NCBI GenBank assembly: GCA_965247635.1
Contig: CBDFHJ010000007.1
Location: forward strand, 132,630 to 196,629
DNA: 64,000 bases
Direction: 5' to 3'
Origin: Dehalococcoidia bacterium
Lineage (GTDB): Bacteria; Chloroflexota; Dehalococcoidia; Lucifugimonadales; Australimonadaceae
This document shows, in pieces, positions 58,691-64,000 of the stretch. The notes beneath the pieces are model-generated. The model made no database searches and was not told where the DNA came from. It worked only from the letters and a program-made list of their open reading frames with translations. Both the position numbers and the translations under genes were made by a program. Numbering within the stretch: the stretch's first letter is position 1; each line of letters begins with the position of its first letter.

Positions 58691-60795
58691 GCTACAGCCC
58701 CGATAGGGCTATGATCGATGCCCACTGACGCTGCTGTTGCGCCAGCATCCCAATCCTGGTTGAAGGCTGAGCACGAATTTCGACTGCCAGATGGTTCCCG
58801 CCACGCTCAGGCCGCCACTATGCGCCCGAAGGAAACCATGAGTGTTGCGTGATGGGCCACCTAGGACCAAGGAGGCAGCGGACACCCGATAGAACGATAA
58901 GCCGGTCTGGATAAGAGACGGGAGTTTCCCGAACGCCGTAGCAAGGGGACCACGGCGGCATTGAGAAGCTATCCAATAACCAGTTTCAATGCTGGTTGCT
59001 ATCTGTGCTTGAAATGCCCCTGTGGTTTCGTATATCTCCAGACCAGCGTTGACACTGCCCAATGCGTTTCGGTTCGCCCAAGGCGGAGTGTACGTTCGCA
59101 TATTGTTACCGGTGGCGTCGATCACGTTGCTGACTGCTTCTGTTGCTGCCTAAGAGCTTTCTGAATGAGACATCTCGTCCTCACTATGTTGCACTTCGCA
59201 GAAACGCCAATGTCTTGAGTAGCCCATCCCGACGTAGGCGTTCATGTAGCAGTGCAACCGCGTTCTCGGCTCCACCGCAGTGGACATTTTTAAGTATGGG
59301 CAAGCTCTCGGTCGTAGGCGCGAAAAGCTGAATCAGTGTCGCCCGGATGGCCATTAATGACCTCTGATATTGGCCCGGTTGGTGAATAGCCAGCAACGAC
59401 TGCGCAAAGCTCCTCGAAAGTGAGGTTTAATTCTTTGCCTGGCGTGAGCAATCTACCAAAGCCAGACGCGAGCGCTTCTGGACGTCGGGGATAGTCCCCG
59501 ACCTTATAGTGGCATGGAGAATATCAAGCCCGAGCCTTCTCGCTAATGACGTCTTCTCCAAACGTTCGTATCCCTGAGCCCTGCCAGCACCCTACCGAGA
59601 TCATCAACATTGCCAAGCTCGATTGTTGCGGCCTTAGCTTCCCTGCCGTTATAACCTCAATGAGCTCTTTCGTCGCTGATACCCTGCGCTGATGATTCTG
59701 AGATCCAAAGGCAGCGGCGGCCAGTTGGTCATACGCCTGGCCATCGTTTCTCGGGAGAGCGCCAGCGCAGGGGAGGTTTGATCGCCTCAACTGGCTCCTT
59801 TCCACGGTGTCGGCCGAGCTGTGTTTGAAAACAATGCTCCCGTTCAGCCTTTGAGCCGGTGAAGAGGCTGCCGTGCCAATGCCTATCAAGCTGGGGTCCG
59901 ACAGCCAACTTTGGCACCGCGGACGACAGCCTGAATCCGCCTATCATATCGCCAGTCTTCCGGTTGACATTGGCTAGGCCCTTTGTGTCTCCTCGAAAGA
60001 TCCAACAAAGAGCGGTCTATACGGCGCGTTGCCAGCCACCCCCCCAACTTGCATTCAACCCTCTAGTCACCTGCGGTTGACCGCGTTTTGTATTTGTTGA
60101 GCCATTCCCCCGCTCGAACAGTTGTGCCCAATCGCCATCGGATCGCCAGAAAGACACCATCAGCAATCTTCGAAATGTCAGTCCCAGGGAAGTGAACCAG
60201 AAAAGCAGCCTTGACTTGGACCTTATTGCTTCCTGTTGTGACGAGTCTCTGTAGAAAACGGTTCCCATGCGTGCCTCTTCCTCCGTATCCATTCCAGGAA
60301 GATAGAACCTATAAACATCCTTCGAGCTAATACTACCACGTTCGCGTCTTGGACTCTTCAGTTGGTGTCACTCAGGGGCTTCAGAAGCACCATTTCCCCG
60401 CACCCTGCGACTGCTACTAGACCTACGACGTTTACAACGGTAGAACCGCCAATCTTGGAATCTTCGCAATGCTCTACAACCTTCACTCCATGTCGTCTAT
60501 CTGCAACCCAGCCACACGCTTCGCTATCAGAATCTTGGCCAAGGCTTCGCTAACCCCAGCATGGCTACCTGGATGTGTCTCTTCATGGTGTACCTCCTAT
60601 TCTTTGTCCTCGCCACTTCTGTGTCCTTCGCCTCCCAAAGCCTCGGAAAGTCTTCGAGCCTCTGCTTAAACCTATCAACGCCCCGGCATCGGCCTTGAAG
60701 CCGAGCTTGGCGACTACCTCGTCAATGATGGTTGCTTCCTGTCCGTTGAGGTCGAGCTTGGCGGTCTTCTGCTTCTTCAACGTTCGTCCCCCATA

Positions 60796-61011
60796 CTAGA
60801 CGTGGATATTCACACCACCACGGTCTGTGAACACGGCATCCACCGCTTCTGCCGCTTCTTTCATCACCTTCTGGGCCTTGGCGATGTAGTCCGCCTCGGT
60901 CCAAGCCCCTGACGGTTGCGGCTTTTCAGGGATGATTCGGGAGGCCAGCTCCCAGGCGATATCCATCTTTCGCATCCTATAGTCCCACATAGTCATGGCT
61001 CTCTCCTTCAT
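60796..61011 (-). CDS. small hypothetical protein
   Basis: 71-aa ORF flanked by 28-bp perfect direct repeats. AGGAGAG lies upstream. Confidence 0.3.
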   Translation of the reverse strand: MKERAMTMWDYRMRKMDIAWELASRIIPEKPQPSGAWTEADYIAKAQKVMKEAAEAVDAVFTDRGGVNIHV

Positions 61012-61097
61012 CTCGACTACTCTTAGTAGCTCTCGAGCTTGGCGGTCTTCTGCTTCTTCATGGTGTCCCTCCTAAGATTAGTTGGGGGCCTTCTCCC

Positions 61098-61126
61098 TTG
61101 ACATACTGTAAACCACAGTATACAAT
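61098..61126 (+). promoter_or_regulatory. consensus sigma70-type promoter with embedded palindromic operator (TA module)
   Basis: TTGACA (61098-61103) and TACAAT (61121-61126) are separated by 17 nt. The spacer holds the 7-bp inverted repeat ATACTGT/ACAGTAT (61103-61109 and 61115-61121). The ATG lies only 6 nt after the -10 element. Confidence 0.65.
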
Positions 61127-61132
61127 AAGGTC

Positions 61133-61425
61133 ATGCTCACGATAGTCCAGACCGCCACTTTAGGGCCTGGCTCAATGGCCTCAGAGACAGGCAGGTCGCT
61201 GGTCGCATCCGCGCCCGGATGCGCCGAATGGCCGGTGGCAATTTGGGCGACGTTAAGCCGGTCGGAAGCGGCGTGTTCGAGGCCAGGCTTTTCCACAGGC
61301 CGGGGTATCGCCTCTACTTTATCCGCGAAGGCAACGCGGTGATCGTCCTTCTGTGTGGTGGCGACAAGGGCAATCAAGACCGGGACATTGAGCGTGCTAT
61401 TGAGATGGCGAAAGAGAGGGAATAG
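61133..61425 (+). pseudogene. RelE/HigB-type addiction-module killer protein, frameshifted near codon 10
   Basis: The frame from ATG 61133 gives MLTIVQTAT. The family-typical continuation FRAWLNGLRDRQVAGRIRARMRRMAGGNLGDVKPVGSGVFEARL...LLCGGDKGNQDRDI is in the next frame. One nucleotide is missing at about 61160 (ACTTTAGGG). Confidence 0.7.
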
Positions 61426-61428
61426 ACG

Positions 61429-61755
61429 ATGGCAAAGGGAGATAGGATTTGGGACCCTGCGGAGGACATCCAGAATGAAGAAGACGCGCGCTACTATCTG
61501 GAAGGCTGCATTGAGGAAGACCCTGGGGATGGCAGTCTCATTCGGGCAGCATTGAGCGATATTGCTCGTGCTCAGAACATGACCCATCTGGCCAAGGCAG
61601 CGGGCATTACTCGGGTGGGCCTGTATAAGGCGTTGTCCCCAGACGGAAACCCCTCCTTCGCCACGGTGATTCGCATCGCGCGGGCGTTGGGCGTTGACTG
61701 GAGAATCGCCATGGAGGACCTCCCAACTAGCGAGCACGCTCGTACCTCCTCCTAA
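61429..61755 (+). CDS. HigA-type HTH antidote protein
   Basis: 108 aa with the motifs ALSDIARAQNMTHLAKAAGITRVGLYKALSPDGNPSFATVIRIARALG. It starts 3 nt after the toxin stop. Confidence 0.75.
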   Translation: MAKGDRIWDPAEDIQNEEDARYYLEGCIEEDPGDGSLIRAALSDIARAQNMTHLAKAAGITRVGLYKALSPDGNPSFATVIRIARALGVDWRIAMEDLPTSEHARTSS

Positions 61756-61866
61756 CAACGCTCTCTGCGTCGCTATGAGTCGTTCGTTCTCTTCGTACTC
61801 GACGACGAGGGAGCCTATCGCCGCGTTTCGCTCTTCGTCAGTCATTCCAAACACTCCCCATTCCTG

Positions 61867-62148
61867 TTAGCCCTCCGCTTCCACAGCAGCGCCGTCCAGC
61901 TCGAACCGGAGCTTGATCTTTGGGTCGGAGACTTTCGACAGCCGCCGGATCAGTAGCACTAGCTCGTCCATTCCGTCCCGGTCCACCATTTCTTTATCCA
62001 ATGAGACCTGGCACATGGGACAAAATCCAGGCAGGTACCAGTGGAATCCGCGGAGGTGTTGCACCAGCTCTCCCTGGCACTTGGAACACTGGAATCGGAC
62101 ACTCACCAAGTCATTCAGACCGAACACGATCCGGGTTTCCTTGGTCAT
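61867..62148 (-). CDS. small zinc-ribbon protein
   Basis: The start was set at ATG 62148 after AGGAGG. It has the cysteine pairs CSKC...CPMC. Confidence 0.4.
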   Translation of the reverse strand: MTKETRIVFGLNDLVSVRFQCSKCQGELVQHLRGFHWYLPGFCPMCQVSLDKEMVDRDGMDELVLLIRRLSKVSDPKIKLRFELDGAAVEAEG

Positions 62149-62191
62149 GGCGCCTCCTAACTTAGACCCTAGAACCAAGCTCTCACGGTGT

Positions 62192-62590
62192 CTAGATGAC
62201 CTCGTAGTACAGTCTCTCAAACTCAAAGGTGAACGTCTTTTCAGCCGTCTCGTCCATGAGCGTTCCCATTGGCGCGCTGGTCATAACGCCGTGCATGAGC
62301 CTCAGAACCGATCCATGCTTGGCATCCTTGACGCTCCCTTCCCAGTTCACGATGCCGCCACCAACTATCACCTTCATCTGCTGCTGGAAGAGCGCCAGCG
62401 ATGGGGCGCCAGGTTGCAGCGCAACAGCAACGGCCCCACCGTGGTCGCCGGTGGCAGTAGCCATCATGTCCCCGGTGGCTCCCCTGCGGACAGTGGCAAG
62501 CTCAACAGTATCGGGAATATCGAGTGCCCTAAGTCCCAGTACTAAGTGTCCGTTTAGGGTAACGCTCAGGGTGTCTGCCGGGATTGTCAT
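62192..62590 (-). CDS. tail-tube-like protein, paralogue of 63267-63704
   Basis: 132 aa. Alignable blocks are TLNGH.V..L....D.......ELATVR.GATGDM....TGD.GG.VA..L.P...SL..F.QQ and TFTF.F. Confidence 0.45.
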   Translation of the reverse strand: MTIPADTLSVTLNGHLVLGLRALDIPDTVELATVRRGATGDMMATATGDHGGAVAVALQPGAPSLALFQQQMKVIVGGGIVNWEGSVKDAKHGSVLRLMHGVMTSAPMGTLMDETAEKTFTFEFERLYYEVI

Positions 62591-62783
62591 ATTGTTCCCC
62601 CAATATTTTCTTGCTACCGCTTCTCCTTGGCCTTCTGCTCGGCCGCGTCATGGGCCCTATGTTCGTTCTCGACCTTGGCGGTCAAATGCTCGTGCAAGTC
62701 CATCGCTTCATCCAGGCTCAAAGTGGCTTTCAAGTCCAGGTATTCAGCCAGCTCAGCGTCTATGAGAGCGCCGAAGAAGGGCT

Positions 62784-63254
62784 TTATTCCGAGGGGGCGG
62801 ACGGGCTCGAACCCAGGGGGGCGTCTCTCAACCTGGAGACGAGGGCGTCTAAGGACGGCGTAAAATTTACGGCTGCACTCCGCAGCAACACCTCGTAGAC
62901 AGCGATGGGCTCCAGCCCGTCGAAGGCCATCTCCTCGGCCCCAGCTAGCTGCTGTGGCGCAGGGACCCGGCTGTTGGAGAAGCTCACCTTCTCGAACAGT
63001 GCCGACCGTACCTTCCGCACAAACGCAGGGTCCAGCGACAGCACTATCTTGAGGAAGGATGCTATCGACCTGTCGCCTTCGTTCAAGACCTCTGTGGGCA
63101 GGGACAGAGCCTGGGACTTGCCCAGCTCGTGCCTGATCGCCTCCAGGAGATCGAAGCCCGCCATCGCCGGCAGCTTCGCAATGAAGAATCGCGTGTCGCC
63201 GATCTCAAACTCGGTCTTGGTGAGGTCTCCCCCTATGCCGTTGAGCGATACCAT
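62784..63254 (-). CDS. tail assembly chaperone-like protein (XkdN/gpG position)
   Basis: 156 aa immediately after the tube gene. A -1 frame stays open for a further ~57 codons to 62614 (LGIKPFFGALIDAELAEYLDLKATLSLDEAMDLHEHL...), as in G/GT chaperone pairs. Confidence 0.5.
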   Translation of the reverse strand: MVSLNGIGGDLTKTEFEIGDTRFFIAKLPAMAGFDLLEAIRHELGKSQALSLPTEVLNEGDRSIASFLKIVLSLDPAFVRKVRSALFEKVSFSNSRVPAPQQLAGAEEMAFDGLEPIAVYEVLLRSAAVNFTPSLDALVSRLRDAPLGSSPSAPSE

Positions 63255-63266
63255 TTCCCTAGCCTC

Positions 63267-63704
63267 CTAACCGGTTGCATTCACCTTCTCGTAGCTCGGT
63301 ATGATGTCCTGGAAATGGAAGGTGAAGGTCTGGTTCGCCACATCGTTTCTGCCCATACTGTGGCCCAGCGGACCGGAGAGCATAACGCCGCGCTCTAGCT
63401 TGAAGGACCACCCGGCCCTGGTGTTCTTGACTTCGCCGTCCCAGATCACCACTCCACCATTCCGCAGAACTCCCAACTGCTGCACGAAGAATGGGAGGGA
63501 CCTGGAGTGGGGGAGCAGCTTGATAGCGACTTCGCCACCCCTGTCCCCGGTGCTGAACGCCACCATGTCACCTGTTGCGCCTATGCGCACGGTGGCCAAC
63601 TCAAAGCTGTTCGGCATGGTGAGGGCGTCCGCGTCCTCACTCAGGTCCTTAACCTCATGGCCGTTGAGAGTGATGGTGGTGTCTTTCATGTTGATTAGCT
63701 GCAT
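63267..63704 (-). CDS. tail tube protein (XkdM position)
   Basis: The start was set at ATG 63704 after AAGGAGG. The product is 145 aa and follows a sheath-like C-terminal fragment. Confidence 0.5.
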   Translation of the reverse strand: MQLINMKDTTITLNGHEVKDLSEDADALTMPNSFELATVRIGATGDMVAFSTGDRGGEVAIKLLPHSRSLPFFVQQLGVLRNGGVVIWDGEVKNTRAGWSFKLERGVMLSGPLGHSMGRNDVANQTFTFHFQDIIPSYEKVNATG

Positions 63705-63715
63705 GGTCTGCCTCC

Positions 63716-64000
63716 TTACCCAGCAAATGTAAGAATTATGGTCGCCGAGTGCATGGCGCCCGAACCCGTGATCCACACCCTTGCGGGCGGGGCCTTACGA
63801 GCGTTGCGATCTTGCTCTAGCTGGTCGGCGATGCTCCCCACTACGACAAGGTATCCACGGGTCAGGAACCCGTCGAAGTCGGGATTGTTGATGGCCAGCC
63901 GTATGTCGTTGGCGACCGCCTCGGACACTCGGCCCGGAGCGAGGCCGCCGTTCCTGCGGCCCGCCTCACACACCCGCTCGATGGCTGCCTCTATGCTGGC
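63716..64000 (-). CDS. partial CDS, probably the C-terminus of the tail sheath protein
   Basis: The frame is open to the window edge and stops 11 nt before the tube gene. The call is by position only. Confidence 0.35.
   Translation of the reverse strand, partial: ASIEAAIERVCEAGRRNGGLAPGRVSEAVANDIRLAINNPDFDGFLTRGYLVVVGSIADQLEQDRNARKAPPARVWITGSGAMHSATIILTFAG

Larger units (their letters stand above)
49730..64000. mobile_element. prophage or prophage remnant integrated next to tRNA-Ser (contractile-tail module; continues beyond the window)
   Basis: GC drops immediately after the tRNA. An integrase is followed by a co-oriented minus-strand tail/baseplate gene string with overlapping stops and starts. 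Confidence 0.8.

Noticed and set aside
58709-60292. ORFs in the lower-GC insert (58709-59125, 59524-59889, 60017-60292) as possible cargo or defence genes.
   Set aside because: They have no recognisable motifs, RBS or start context, and several are mutually overlapping. They are treated as probable non-coding or decayed sequence and would need a database search to rescue.

Overview
This is a 64-kb high-GC bacterial chromosomal window with several clearly lower-GC patches. The interspersed hairpin-repeat families and gene content suggest a Chloroflexota-like host, but that is inference only. All family names were recognised by eye from the ORF translations, and no searches were run.

The window has three blocks:

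- (1) 1-11.2 kb holds core and stress genes. These are a sulfate-binding lipoprotein, HtrA, a LuxR regulator, a HAD hydrolase, ArsR plus SRPBCC, an RRM protein, an ArsR-CDF fusion and an F420 reductase. One IS3-family insertion lies in this block.
- (2) 11.3-38.3 kb is an accessory island bracketed by two inverted, paralogous large serine recombinases.
  - It carries a VapC module with a chimeric antitoxin and a cytochrome c.
  - It carries a Type I R-M operon with three translationally coupled passenger genes: a cytoplasmic trypsin-fold protease between hsdM and hsdS, and a DUF433/PIN-like pair between hsdS and hsdR. Its hsdR is cut off by an IS.
  - It also carries two more copies of the same IS, a second IS3-family element plus a remnant, a low-GC block of methyltransferase/NUDIX/kinase genes, and a duplicated replication-relaxation-like protein.
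- (3) 38.4-49.6 kb returns to core genes: radical SAM + methyltransferase + VOC, transketolase, and tandem cyclophilins. Then come tRNA-Ser(GGA), a P4-type integrase and a PBSX/Mu-like contractile-tail module (49.7-64 kb, running off the window). The tape-measure gene of that module is decayed and largely replaced by a lower-GC insert carrying a HigB/RelE-type TA pair.

The best candidate for an undescribed system is the Type I R-M operon with the embedded signal-less S1-type protease and TA-like pair. By analogy with PrrC it may be an R-M-guarded abortive-infection effector.

Several frameshifts (IS copy 1, recombinase 2, TA toxin, tape measure) may be real decay or assembly indels. This cannot be decided from one sequence.
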